The translations under genes and the position numbers were made by a program. Positions 13,526-27,685 of a DNA stretch of 64,000 nucleotides are shown here, one piece after another (position 1 is the stretch's first letter; each line of letters starts with the position of its first letter). Origin of the DNA: Octopus bimaculoides (lineage: Eukaryota). The notes beneath the pieces are model-generated. The model had not been told where the DNA came from and did no database searches. It saw nothing but the letters and a program-made list of their open reading frames with translations. The stretch is from assembly GCF_001194135.2 (NCBI RefSeq), contig NC_068985.1:86451694-86515693 (forward strand), read 5' to 3'.

Positions 13526-13740
13526 AAGCAGTGAGATGGCAGAAATGTTAGCATGCTGGGCAAGATGCTGAGCAGTATTTCGTCTGTCTTTGCATTCTGA
13601 GTTCAAATTCCGCTGAGGTCGACTTTGTCTTTCATCCTTTCGGGGTTGATAAATTAAGTACCAGTTGCGTACTAGGGTCGATCTAATTGATGGTCCCCCT
13701 CCCCCAAAATTTCAGGCCTTGTGCTTAGAGCAGAAAAAAA
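13526..13740 (+). mobile_element. SINE family B, full-length, well conserved
   Basis: GCAGTGAGATGGCAGAAATGTTAGC...GAGTTCAAATTCCGCTGAGGTCGACTTTGTCTTTCATCCTTTCGGGGTTGATAAATTAAGTACCAG...GGCCTTGTGC. A second, headless degenerate copy follows at about 13752-13915. Confidence 0.9.
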
Positions 13741-16517
13741 TATTTCTTTTAACTCTATTTTTCTGAGTTCAAATCCTATCAAAGGTCAACCTTGTCTCTT
13801 AGGCTTTTACTTCTCCTGGATCAGCAAAATACCAGTTAAATACTGGGGTCAATATTATCAACTAACCCCTCCTCTCAGAACTCTTGACCGTGTGACTAAA
13901 ATAGAAACAACAATTATAGCTGATTGGAACCGAGAGAAAGCCATAATTTTATAGCTTCACACTTTTAAAGTCCAGATTCTCCATTCTCCAGATTGGTTTC
14001 TTGTTATCTGTGAATCTATTTTCCTCACCAAGAAGAAACTATTCACTCACTTCCCCTTCATTGCAAAGCATAAACCATACAGAAACAATAAAAGAAGCTT
14101 ACATATGTTGCTAATTAAATAGAATCTGCTTTGCACATCACAGAGCATATTTTCATTTGAAATATATACTTTTTGAACAAATGATATTTATTAGATATCA
14201 TGGAGGTCATATCAGTATTTGATACTGACATTAAACTGACATGAGACACTAGCAATATCGCTCGACAAACTTAATTATTGAAAAGAGACACTGTTTTTCC
14301 TTCCCGTTAATTACAGATGTTTTCGTTAGAAATGATATATATTTCGTCTCAACTCCTACACTATTAGCCATCTGTCAAAAGGCATGGCAATAAACATTTC
14401 TTGTTACCTAATGGAGAGAATAATAACAACAACAACAACAACATGAATAATAATAATAATAATAACAATAATAATAATTGTAATAATATGAATAATAATA
14501 ATATCAATATCAATAGAATGAATGAATAACGAAAGCATCCAGCTTAAAGATAAATTGTTTTGGAAGTGCATCCAAACACTTTGTTTAAGAATATTTTATT
14601 TTAAGTGTTTAACGTTTAACTGATTGTATATTGGAATCACATCATTCGTCTTTAATTTGTTTTGGATGGAATTTAGTGAACAAAAGCTTCATTGGTTGTA
14701 GATTTTTCATGTTATACTCAGAAGTTTGCATTTCTCAATGCAATATGGACAAGTGGAGTGTCTATCACATGGTGCAGAACAAATATTTCAAGCAAATTCG
14801 TTGTAAAAATACTGGTTTTTGGGTTCTCTCATCAGTTTTCTCCTCCTGCACCGATATATACCCATGAATTATATGCACATAAAAACACATACACCTGAAG
14901 GCTTTCTGTATTCACATACCAAATTATGCCAGAAGAGTTTTGGTCAAACTAAGGCCATTATAGAAAACACTAGCTCGGAGTGCCATATAGAAATATGGAA
15001 CCTTGAATCTTGGGATTACATTCAGAATTTCTAAACCACATGGCTATACCTTTAGAATGATTAGAAATACTTGCAAATATTTTAATGTAATTATTCTGAA
15101 GTGAAGAAGTTTAGGTAGGATGTCAATGGATATCTGGATCTTAATATCTGTCCAAGAGCATAGAGACATTCCAGAACTGTTCTTTGTCATAGTTAAATAC
15201 TGCCTTGAATGTCCACAGGTTCATTCAAGTCCAGGCTTATCCTGGTTTCTCAAAACATTTATGGAAATGATTGAGAGATACAGGACTCCATCCTGAATGT
15301 GATGCCAGTGCATCACGATTTAAACTTACAGCTACCTCTGGTATGCATTTTAGGTTGAGCAAACTGGAACAATGTGAAAAGAAATGTCATGCTTATGGAC
15401 TTGTGCTGCCTCACCCATGAAACAAGACCCTTACCTAACAATCATGAGTCCAACACCGGACCCACTTAGTTACTTGTCTTCTTTTCTATTGTGAGTGCAG
15501 AAACAACACCAACAACAAAATCATTGAAACTGGTGGAGCAGAATAGAAAGTCAAGGTGTTACATTTTTTTCTATTTCAAAATTTGGTTATGAAACACGTG
15601 TAGTCGTTTTATTATCATTATCTTATGATATTTACTTTGTATTATATTATATTTATTCATTGTGCTTTTACTTATTAATTTGTCTATATGTGACAGTGGA
15701 TTTTCATCGATAAGTTCATGAACCTTGGTTCTTTTCCCTAAAACTATATATATATATGTATATATATATATATTAATATATACTTATATATAGATTAAAG
15801 CTAAAAAGAAAAGGCAAACAGTTTTATAGTTATTTAACTTTATTATATAGCTAAATTAGATGTCATAGTCTCACCTTTTCTCTTCTGCTTTAATCTATAC
15901 TTATCAACTCNNNNNNNNNNNNNNNNNNNNNNNNNNNNNNNNNNNNNNNNNNNNNNNNNNNNNNNNNNNNNNNNNNNNNNNNNNNNNNNNNNNNNNNNNN
16001 NNNNNNNNNNNNNNNNNNNNNNNNNNNNNNNNNNNNNNNNNNNNNNNNNNNNNNNNNNNNNNNNNNNNNNNNNNNNNNNNNNNNNNNNNNNNNNNNNNNN
16101 NNNNNNNNNNNNNNNNNNNNNNNNNNNNNNNNNNNNNNNNNNNNNNNNNNNNNNNNNNNNNNNNNNNNNNNNNNNNNNNNNNNNNNNNNNNNNNNNNNNN
16201 NNNNNNNNNNNNNNNNNNNNNNNNNNNNNNNNNNNNNNNNNNNNNNNNNNNNNNNNNNNNNNNNNNNNNNNNNNNNNNNNNNNNNNNNNNNNNNNNNNNN
16301 NNNNNNNNNNNNNNNNNNNNNNNNNNNNNNNNNNNNNNNNNNNNNNNNNNNNNNNNNNNNNNNNNNNNNNNNNNNNNNNNNNNNNNNNNNNNNNNNNNNN
16401 NNNNNNNNNNNNNNNNNNNNNNNNNNNNNNNNNNNNNNNNNNNNNNNNNNNAAATATGATGGCGGGACATTGAAGAATTGTCATTTAGCTTATCTTAACA
16501 CACACACATATGTACAT

Positions 16518-16671
16518 GACAGGCTTCTTTCAGTTTCCATCTACCAAATCCACTCACAAAGCTTTAGTTGGCCCATAGCTATAGCAGAAATCACTTGCCC
16601 AAGGTGCCACGCAGTGGGACTGAAACTGGAGCCATGTGGTTGGGAAGCAAGTTTCTTACCACACAGCCACT
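16518..16671 (-). mobile_element. tRNA-derived SINE family A, 5' half
   Basis: Reverse complement matches the head of the full copy at 49195-49610 (GTGTGGTAAG...CCACATGG...CAGTCCCACTG...GGCACCTTGGGCAAGTG...GTGAGTGGATTTGGTAGA.GGAAACTGAAAGAAGC). Confidence 0.9.
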
Positions 16672-16789
16672 CATTCTCATTTCATTTTAATTGTATTTTG
16701 TTTCCATTTCATTTTACTTTTATATTTCATTTTGAAATGAAATAATTGAAGAATGGAGTGGAGTGAAGGATGTGATACTGAAAGAATGC

Positions 16790-17040
16790 TGAAAGCACAA
16801 GTTCTGCAGGACTGGACATGTTGCAAGGTTCACAGACAACAGGTAGACCCATGCAGTTGCCAAGTTCTATACAAGGGTTTAGAAAAGGCTGCTTGGAAGG
16901 CCTTCACGATGATGGAAAGATGATTTAGTCAAAAAATTTGTGTCAAGAAAGAAAAGAATGGTGCAATCAAGACAGAAATGGAACTGCATTGTGAGCAGTA
17001 GTGTTTAACAGCATACAATGGTCTGGTCAACACTGATATC
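16790..17040 (+). mobile_element. RTE-clade LINE family 2, decayed 3' end
   Basis: One frame reads RTGHVARFTDNR*THAVAKFYTRV*KRLLGRPSR*WKDDLVKKF. Homologous to 5680-5925 (-); a short tail copy lies at about 61153-61210. Confidence 0.8.
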
Positions 17041-17046
17041 TCTGTG

Positions 17047-17104
<58 letters not shown>

Positions 17105-17114
17105 NNNNNNNNNN

Positions 17115-17176
<62 letters not shown>

Positions 17177-17659
17177 ACATATATACACATATATGTGTGC
17201 ATGTGTGTATGTGTGTGTCCGTGTGTAAATGCCAAAAGGCTGCAATGTTTAAGTGCAAGGAGACTTTTGAAAAATGGACAAATGTCTAAGCTTTGATGAG
17301 AGTCATTTCTCAGCTGCAACCCAAATTGGAAAAACCAATAAATTATGAAAGAAATAACCAAATATTGGAGAAAAACAAACCCAATGGAAGTCGTTAATAA
17401 TGGTTGAGGAGGAAGAAGATAGGAAGAAGGCCTACTGCATGGAGATGTGCAAAAATGAAACTGAATCACATTTGTAATTTTAATCACTATTGATAATAAT
17501 TTTTTTCTTAATCTTTTTAACCTCCTGGAAACAAGTCAGATGCAGCAGGAGTTTGCAAAGCTAACAACAACAAAAGCAACAACAACAACAATGACGACAA
17601 CAACAGTAATACAAACAAAAATAGAATTTTGTAATAATAGTAACAATAATAATAATAAC

Positions 17660-17730
<71 letters not shown>

Positions 17731-17737
17731 TGATAAT

Positions 17738-17955
17738 AATCCTTTCTGCTATAGGCAGAAGACCTGGGTTTTTTGTGAGGAGGGGGGGGCAATCGATCAT
17801 ATCGACCCCAGTATTTGACTGGTACATGATTTATCAACCCCAAAATGATGAGAAGCAAAGTTGGCCTTACTGGAATTTGAATTCAGAACATAACAACAGA
17901 TGAAGTACCACTAAGCATTTCACCTGGCATGCTAATAATTCTGCCAGCTCACTGA
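17738..17955 (-). mobile_element. SINE family B with long (AAT)n tail (17640-17737)
   Basis: Reverse complement of the 13526 copy. Further degenerate copies at about 6535-6655(-), 9980-10180(+), 12520-12655(-), 18395-18610(-), 18737-18951(-), 23225-23388(-), 23975-24100(-), 26299-26515(+), 32780-32960(-), 38750-38910(-), 58375-58508(-) and 61385-61580(+). Confidence 0.85.
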
Positions 17956-17995
17956 CTTAATAATAATAATAATGATAATAATAATAATAATAATA

Positions 17996-18295
17996 CTATG
18001 TGTTGCATGGTGGATTCCTAAAGATAGTTTCAGCAAATAGTAGTAGTGAGACATAGTTATGGCTGCAGAAATGAAAGCTGAAAAGGGAGACAGAGAGTTT
18101 GTTAGTAGCAGCACACGGTCAAGCATTAAGGACTAATTGGATAACAGCCAAGATAGACAAAAACCAAGTAGATTCCTAATGTAGATTATGCAAAGCAAAA
18201 GAGGAAAGCCTAATTCATATAGTAAGCGAATGTAGCATGCTGGTGCAGAAAGAATACAAGAAAAGACATGACAATCTAGGGGGAGTAAAAGAATG
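17996..18295 (+). mobile_element. R4/Dong-like (RLE) non-LTR retrotransposon fragment, CCHC zinc-knuckle region
   Basis: From 18120 the frame reads QALRTNWITAKIDKNQVDS*CRLCKAKEESLIHIVSECSMLVQKEYKKRHDNLG (Cx2C-x8-H-x4-C plus RHD). The upstream part reads LHGGF...LWLQK*KLKRETESLLVAA. Confidence 0.85.
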
Positions 18296-19541
18296 AATAG
18301 CATGGTACCATAGGCTGAAAGTAGGAAGCCTGCTTCGCCTGTAAGACCCCAGGAGTTCCAACAAAACCTGTGATAAAAAGAAATAATAATGATAATAATC
18401 CTTTCTTCTATAAGCACAAAACCAGACATTTGGGTGGAGGAGAGAAGTTAATTGANNNNNNNNNNGGGCTCAACTGATATTTTATCAATCCCAAATGTAT
18501 GAGAGACAAAGTTGAGTTTGACAGAATTCAAACAGAATAATGTAAAAATGGACAACATGTTCCTTAGTATGTTGTCCGGCATGCTAACAATTCAGTTTGT
18601 GCACCACCTTAGCAGCAACAGCAGCAGCAGCAATAGCAGTGGTAGTAGTAGTAGTAGTAATAATAATAATATTAATAATAATAATGATAATAATAATAAT
18701 AATAATGATAATCATAATAATAATAATAATAATAATAGTCTCAAACTTTGGCACAGGTGGCAGTTTTTGCAGGGATGGGGGAGTTAATGACATTGACCCC
18801 AGTACTTGACTGGTAATTAAGTTTTTCAACCCAGGAAATGATGAAAGCAAAATTGACCTTGTTGGGATTTGATCTCAGAACATAAAGATGGATGAACTAC
18901 TGCAAATCATATTGTCTAGCTGGACTAGAAATTCCACCAGCTTGCCACCTTAACAAGAACACCAACAACAACAACAACAAAAACAACAATAATAATAAAC
19001 AACATCATAATAATGACAGCAACAATACCAGAAACAAAAAAGTGAAAAACAACAAAAATATATAGAAGAAGAAAAAGTAAAATGAAATAAATTTGAAGAA
19101 AATATAAAATAAAAGATTGGACTGCCTCTCTCTCCACCACACCACATCCATCCCCAGAAGATTCCCCTCAAATAAATTAAAGGATCCATCATTTCTGCCG
19201 TATAAATCTAACCAGCAATTATGCAGTATTATTCAAGTTTCCTACAACAGCTATTTTATCCTGATACGTGAGGTAGAGGGGCTTTTTTTTTATCCTTTCT
19301 CCCTAAATAAATCTGAAAAGATGTTAATAAGCCTACTTCAGTGAGCTCCTTCACCACCACAAACACCACAACCACAACAACCACCACCACCACCACCACT
19401 GTTCTCGCTGACTCCACTGTCACCTCCACCATCCTTAACAAATTCTTTTGGATTCGTTAATATTCATGCTGCATTGTAATTTGCTTAATTTCTCATTATT
19501 ATTATTTAACTTCTCTGTTTAATTGCTGTCATGATTGTTGT

Positions 19542-19573
<32 letters not shown>

Positions 19574-19706
19574 CTACTTACAGAGTCCTTATCTGAGAAT
19601 TTGGGAAAACTTTCGAAAACAACAACAGAAACAACAACTATAATATCAGCAACAATACTAACGATGATGATGAAGACGATGATAGTGATGATGGTAATAA
19701 TAACAA

Positions 19707-19747
<41 letters not shown>

Positions 19748-20312
19748 CGATGATGATGATGATGATACTAATCTCAAAATATTCATACTGATGATGCAAT
19801 CATAATAAGAAGGAAAAAGAAGAAGAAAATAAAAAAAAACAACAGGAAAAGAAGGAAGAGGAGAGGGAGGAGGAGGAGGAAGAAGAAAAAAGTATTTAAT
19901 TTGAATTAAGGTAAATCACAATAATCAAGAGATATTCGAAATTATTACCAATGGCCCTTATTCCCTCCTTCTTTAATGCCTTGTTTTGTTATTTAGACAT
20001 TTATCATACTTTATGCATGCACGGACCTTATTTAGGTGTTTATGCATTTATGTATTGTACATCAATGTGTGCCTGTTTATGCCTGTACACACACACACAC
20101 ATGAATACATGCATTTCTAGTCATATATGTATGTAAGTGGGTGTGTGTGTGCGTGTGTGTGTGCATGTGTATTTGTTTCTGTGCTTATTATAAATATTTA
20201 TTTATTTATTCTGTTCTGAAAGCAATGAGTTTTAGAAAGAAAACAATGTGACGACTACGGAAACACACACAAACACAGAGTCATGTACATATGTATATAT
20301 GCACACAAGCAC

Positions 20313-20346
<34 letters not shown>

Positions 20347-20368
20347 CGGCGTACGTACACTTGTCTCT

Positions 20369-20439
<71 letters not shown>

Positions 20440-20864
20440 GCACATATTATTATATGTATACACACACATACATAGAAATGTGTATAGAAACCTGCCCTCA
20501 TACACACACACACACACACATGCAATAGCAATCAGAATACAAATGAACAAAAGTACATTGACAGCTGATGAGGAAAGAAGAAACAAATATGTTAACTTTC
20601 CTTTCCAATTAATCCTATCTAATTTAGTGTAAATAATAATTAATAGTAATGGTATTATGTCTAAACTAACAGTTGTGTGTTGGAAGGGGAGGGAGATGGC
20701 AAGGGGTGGCGTTATGGGGGAGGAGAGGATTGTAGGTAGGTGGAGGGGGAAGGAGGAAGAGCTGCTGTGGGGAGAGGAGGTGGAGGAAACTTGAAGGAGA
20801 TGGTGGTGCTTCGTTTTGAATTGAATGAGAGAATAATAAACAGAGAAATCATGAATAGGGATAT

Positions 20865-20904
<40 letters not shown>

Positions 20905-21173
20905 AAGGAGGAGGAGGATGATGATAAGGAGGAGGATGAGGATGTGGATGAAGGTGTTGTACTTTAAAACAGGTGTTCCTCTCATGACAAAATGCTTAGT
21001 TACAGAGATGTAAATAAACCAGCACTGGTTACCAAGCAGCAGAGGAAGAAATTTTAGATGGTTTTCAAGCCTCCACATCTTACGTTGATGATGTCAAATT
21101 TTTATATGTATGTATGTATGCATGTATGTGTACATGTATGCACAAATCTATGTATATATATATATGTATATAC

Positions 21174-21207
<34 letters not shown>

Positions 21208-21247
21208 ACATGTATGCACAAATATATATATATATATATAACTTTCT

Positions 21248-21284
<37 letters not shown>

Positions 21285-21355
21285 CATATTTAATATCCCT
21301 TAGGTGATTTTTACACCTAGCTAAATATGTTATGTATATATGTATATATATATAT

Positions 21356-21560
21356 AAGGCAAGCTGGCAGAAACATTAGCATGGTGAGCGAAATGTTCAG
21401 CGGTATTTCGTCTGTCTTTATATTCTGAGTTTAAATTCTGCTGAGGTCGACCTTGCCTTTCGGGGTTGATAATTTAAGTACCAGTTATGTACTGAGGTTG
21501 ATCTAATCGACTAGTCCCCTCCTCAAAAATTTTGGGCCTTGTGCCTAGAGTAGAAAAGAA
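21356..21560 (+). mobile_element. SINE family B with internal deletion
   Basis: Matches the 13526 copy but lacks TCATCCTT in the central block. It ends at AGTAGAAAAGAA, directly before the foldback element. Confidence 0.9.
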
Positions 21561-21567
21561 TATATAT

Positions 21568-22045
21568 ATATTAAACGAAATAGAGAAATACAATTGATAA
21601 AGTAAAAATTTATTTACATTATAATATAATATAATATAATATAATATAAGCCAACATAACAAATCTTTAAAAAACACATATAAAGCCAACAATTTGTTTT
21701 CACTTATATACAGGAGTGAATTTATAAAAATTCCTATCCATGTATACAAGCCTCTTTAGAGCAATGGTTCAAAAGAACATATGGAATTCCATGTCAAATT
21801 GGCAGTATTCATGTGTTTTTTTGAACCATGGCTCTAAAGAGGCTTGTATACATGGATAGGAATTTTTATAAATTCACTACTGTATATAAGTGAAAACAAA
21901 TTGTTGACTTTATATGTGTTTTTTTAAGGATTTGTTATCTTATTTTTTATTATATTATATTTTATTTTTTATATTATATTATATTATATTATAATGTAAA
22001 TAAATTTTCAGTTTGTCAATTGTATTTCTCTATTTCATTTAATAT
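21568..22045. mobile_element. Foldback/MITE-like long palindrome (arms ~215-235 bp, spacer ~26 bp)
   Basis: 21568-21783 is the reverse complement of 21810-22045, e.g. TTCCTATCCATGTATACAAGCCTCTTTAGAGC versus GCTCTAAAGAGGCTTGTATACATGGATAGGAA, with scattered substitutions and different (TATAA)n counts. Confidence 0.85.
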
Positions 22046-22189
22046 TTCTATGTTATAGTTATTCCCTTTTATCTGTGGTATTCAACTGTTGTACCAGTGA
22101 ATTGAATGTTTTACATCCCTTTGAAGGAATTTTTTTTCCTTCGTTTGATTCATAATATATATATATATATATATATATCATCATCATCA

Positions 22190-22440
22190 TTATCATCATC
22201 ATCATCATTGTCGTTGTCATCATCATCATCATTTAATGTCTGTTGTCCATGCTAGCATGAGTTGGATGGTTTGACTGGGTTGGCATGCTGGAAGGCTGCA
22301 CCAGACTGATTTGACATGGTTTTCTACAGATGGATGTCCTTCCTAATGCCAGCCACTCTGAGAGTGTAATGGGTGCTTTTACATACCACCAGCATGGGTG
22401 CCATTTGTGTGACACTGGGGTGTGTTTACATGCCAGTGAC
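22190..22440 (-). mobile_element. RTE LINE family 1, 3' UTR fragment
   Basis: (CAT)n followed by TTTAATGTCTGTTGTCCATGCTAGCATGAGTTGGA...CCACTCTGAGAGTGTAATGGGTGCTTTT, the reverse complement of 55120-55300. Similar tails at about 28643-28768(-), 30170-30385(+), 42405-42560(-) and 51270-51475(+). Confidence 0.85.
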
Positions 22441-23108
22441 AGCATTTTTTCATGGTGATGTTAATTGAAGAGGTTTTGAGAGAAAATGTTTTATGGGTGG
22501 ATGCTTTTCCTGTCATCGACACTTTTAGTTATTGCTTATGACACCCAAGGACACAGAATGACTACACTAAAAGTAGGAAAAATATGTTTCTGCATTTGTT
22601 GTTTTGCTTGTGTAAAGAAGTGTAAAATGGTGCAAATATGTTTTGGTAGAAAAGTTTATAGAAAAGAGATAACTGTGAAAAAATACTGATGTCATGTGAA
22701 GTTTATCTTTTGATAAACTAACAACAAGATTAGATTTTGGGTTGCATATAATTGACTAGCACCCTCGAAGTCACTACCCGAGCATGAAGGCAATCTGATG
22801 ATAGAAAACGGTGAAAGAATAAAAGAATGAAAGAAAGACAAGAATAAAAGAATCTGAACCTGCATATTCAGGGGTCAATAAACAAATTTAAGAACCTAAT
22901 TCGATATCATAAACCTAGATTTAACCTTCTGCTCTCAATGTCATATTTATATTCCAGCAAATATAAAAGTCTGTTTTGACCAAAAGAGGCTTAAATTGTA
23001 ATTCAGGGAAAATCTCTGAGAGAATTAATGTCAAACTTTGTCACCAGAAATGTGGAACCACAAATCCCAAAATCCAGTCATTGCTGATGTCAAAATATTA
23101 ATAATAGC

Positions 23109-23152
<44 letters not shown>

Positions 23153-23398
23153 CGACGACAACAATGACTATGACAATAACTACAGCAACAATGTGACAAT
23201 AATAATATTAATAATAAAGATAATAATTATGGCTTCTGATTTAGGCACAAGGTCTGTAATTTTGAGGGGAGGGGTGTTGATACGATTGACCCCAATATTT
23301 GGCTGGCACTTTATTTTATCAGTCCCTGAGGAATAAAAGGCAAAGTTAACGTCAGTGGGATTTGAACTCATAATAAATGTAAATTCTGCAAATGTGGC

Positions 23399-23586
<188 letters not shown>

Positions 23587-23960
23587 ACCAACTGTTCCTC
23601 TGATAATATAAATGGCACTTTTAAACACTGTGGCAAAACCCACCCAAAAGTATCAGAACTACAAAAATTGTTCTCATGGATACTGCTTCCATTCTAAGAA
23701 AGATTCTGTCAATCTGACAATACATGACTCTTTTAGACTCTTTCAAAATCACAAATATTACATTAAACTTTTTATGAACAAAACAAGGAATCTTACTGAT
23801 CTAAGCTCCCTCTGACCTACCATGGGTACAAGCTGACAGAAATGAACTCTGTATATTCTGCATGGGCACAATTCATAGGGTACAGTCTTTGTGTAACACA
23901 ATCTATATAGGATCACCGCACATCAGCAGAACTCACCCAGCCCATAATGTACACAATCAA
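23587..23960 (+). mobile_element. R4/Dong-like LINE, C-terminal end and 3' UTR
   Basis: PKVSELQK / IVLMDTASILRKILSI* (one frameshift) resembles the LQK..L..TA.ILRK.L terminus of RLE-type elements, and matches the LQKSAIFYFLRILRKFL of the 36335 copy. Confidence 0.7.
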
Positions 23961-24850
23961 CTTCCAATAAAATAAAAATGGTTTCAAATTTTAGCACAAG
24001 GCCAGCAATTTCGGTGGGAAGAAGCAAGTTGATTACATCAGCCCCAGTACACAACTGGTACTTATTTTGCCTACATGCTAACAATTCTGTCAGTTCACTG
24101 CCCTACCTCCCTACAGAATAACAACTCACACTTTTATATAATGAAGAAGCAATACATTTTACAATGCTTTCTGTGCCCTACCAAACATACCATATTCTAC
24201 ACAACTGGCACCTAATAATATATCAACACATTTACTCCACACAATCGCTACTCTACATGATTGTCAAAAGCGCAGCCCATACTTCACCAAAACCCCACTT
24301 CACACTAGCACTCACTCCCAAAAACAACACACATACAAAACACTAAAATAATATCAGAAACAACAAAGAAAAGCTGATGTTGTAAACAAGCATCATTGTA
24401 CGACCCCGAATGACAATAGTAGACACATCTGAAAAGCTCTGTCTGGTGGGGCAGTAAAAACCTTGCATAAAACATTGGGAAACATGTTGATAATAATGAT
24501 TTATTTTATTGCCCTCAAGGGACTGATATGTCGGTGACAGGAAATAAAAGAGCCGAATAATAAAATAAACAAATAAGTGAATATGGTGGATTTACATGGA
24601 GTTAAAGGGGGTGATTGACGATGACAATAGAGACATATTAATAACTAGATTAGAATATTGTTTCATAACAACAATATTATAACATGAACAACAAAATGGC
24701 TGTCTTCATTTTTTGATGACGATAATGATGATGATGATGACGGTGACGACGACGACGACGACGACGACAACGATGATGATGACGATGACGACGACGACGA
24801 CGACGACGACAACGATGATGATGTAAATGATGATGATGAGCAGGAGGACG

Positions 24851-24905
<55 letters not shown>

Positions 24906-25028
24906 AAATGATAATAATAATGATTTATTTTGTTGCCATAAAGGCGATAGGAGAGATGTTATAAGTCATTACTAATGAAAAAACAACAATAACAACAACA
25001 GTAATGCTTATATTAACACTACTACTCC

Positions 25029-25088
<60 letters not shown>

Positions 25089-27495
25089 TAGTAGCAACAT
25101 CAGTGACAACAACAGTCGAAAGAGCACCATCCTAAATAATGTTGTGTAGTAATTCAAATCAAACACAAACAAGTAGCAAACAGGAGAACAATGAATTTGA
25201 TGTTAGGCATAATCTGAAGTCATATGTGGAAAGTGAGAGAAACAATAGCATTCTAATGAAGAGAAGCTATGAGTGTTTAGATGTGTTGGATCAATGGCTG
25301 TTGGATTCTGTGGTGTCATTGTCAGGATAATGAGACTGCAAGAGGTGAGAGTGATCCAACGAAATTGCTATTGAAAGCAACTCTTCGTCCCTGACACCTT
25401 TTCAATTGTACGAGGCTACCTGTGCCAGGGGAAGAACAACAAAAGAACAACGATGAAAATCACATATATTGCTGGTTGAGATCTTTGCTTTTAATTCCAA
25501 TTACAGAACCTTTAAACGAAATTTTCTTATCATAATATGTGCCACAAAAGCTGTAGAACTGAGCTACAAAGAATGAGAACTTGAGTTCAAATTCTACTAC
25601 TGTTGTTGTGTTGTCCTTCACCAAATAGCTGAATCCTAAATCTATTTCCTCATGTTTTGAGCGATCAATTAAAAGCTAAAAATGAAATGACTCCGTGTAC
25701 TTCCTTCATAACCTAGTAGTCCACGAGTCAAACTGCAATGCAGTACCACTGACTTTCAGAAACAATGTTATGCCTAGAATTGTCAAAGCATGGATTAAAC
25801 TGACTGCATAAATTGTTAGTTGTCCGGACACTGTATCCTTAAAAATTTCTGTGCTTTGTAAAACTTACCAACATTGCTCCTGACATAGTTATTTACTAAG
25901 TCCACAGTATTCCATGGAGAGCATAGGGCTGTGACTCTTTCATGCCAGGGGATGCAATCTTGGACTCTCTTCTTGATTTCAGACCAACAGAGAGACTGAA
26001 TGCTTTCACTTCATCCTCCATGCATCATTTCTACGTCTTCTTACGTCATCTAGCTTTCCACTTTCCTGACATACTTATACCTTTATATCTTTATTACTCT
26101 TTTCTTATTCCTTTTTCTGCCTTTTTCACTTTTATCCTGTGTGCTGTGCATGTACTTCTAGCTTTCAATGCTGTCTTTCTTCGTTTCACTTCTCAACAAG
26201 AAGTTGGGCACTTGAGCACAATCTTGTTATTGTTATACATTCATTATATTATACACACTTACTGTATACAATAAGCTCATTACAATATGACAGGAAATAA
26301 GGCAGTGAGATGGCAGAGTCCTTAGCACACCAAACAAAATGATTAGTGGCAGTTTTTTTCCACCTTTGCATTGTGAGTTCAAATTCCAGTGATGTTTACT
26401 TTGTCTTTCGTCTTTTTGGGGTTGATGAAATAAGCAGCAGTTGAGCACTTTGGCTGATGCAATCGACTTACACCTCATCCAAAATTACTGGCCTTGTGCC
26501 AAAATTAGTATTATTATTATTATTATTGTTATTATTATTATTGCAATAGTAATTTACCGTTGGACAATGATAAAATCATAGTGACACATCAGAAATATTA
26601 TGTTATTAGATTATAAGCTTACAGCAATACAATATTTTCAGAAACTTGTAAAAAAAAAAACTATCCTAATTTAAACATAGCATAATTATCTCAGAGTAAA
26701 TTTATAGATACTGTGGTCAAATTTTATAATTTCATTGAACTTAGTTTGACAGCAATTTAATAGATAAATTTATGAAAAATGATAAGTAATAACTACAGCA
26801 ATCAAATATCTTGTAATTGGATATTTACCAAAGGAATAAATTAATCAAAAATAAATAGTTCCATGAATTTTGTTTTGGACATTTTAATGAATTCTTTGAG
26901 ATAAAAAATAAATAGAAAAAGAAACAAAAAAATGAGTAATGCTGGAATGTCATCATATGCCAGGAATGTGTCTTCCTTCTAACCTTGATGCAATAAAATA
27001 TCGGTTCCTATCAGATTATCAAATGTGAAATAATATCAAAATTGATTGGCACTGATGTTGGAAATCTATAGGCTTTCTTTTTTTTCTCTTTTACTAAATA
27101 ATATGTCTGTGCATTTCTTAAATATTTGCCATTATTTTCAATGTCTATCATAGGTTTGTTTAAATTAAAAGAAAAAATATTTGGAGATTTGTCTTATCAG
27201 GTTTTCAAGCTAGAAATTTATAAATGATACACAACTGTTGTTATTTAACCACAGGATAACTCCCAGTAGACCTAGAATAAAACATATTCTGGCTGTGATT
27301 TTTTTGTTTTCTCTTTTTGTCATTCAGACACTGTGTTTCTAGAATGGCATTATCTAATATGACCTTCCTTATTTCTAAGACAGTAAAATGTGATTTCAGA
27401 AGGAACCGGTTGTTATTTTGATTAATTCAAATCTCACTGTTTCAATATGACTGTATATACGTGTACGTATTTGTATATACATACATACATTCACG

Positions 27496-27554
<59 letters not shown>

Positions 27555-27633
27555 ATATAATGTAATATATATATACATATATATATAAATAGAGGGAGAG
27601 AGGGAGAGATAGATAGATAGATAGATGGATAGG

Positions 27634-27685
<52 letters not shown>

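Noticed and set aside
20740-20967. Acidic ORF with poly-Asp
   Set aside because: Driven by a (GAT)n/(GAG)n microsatellite and a purine-rich flank.
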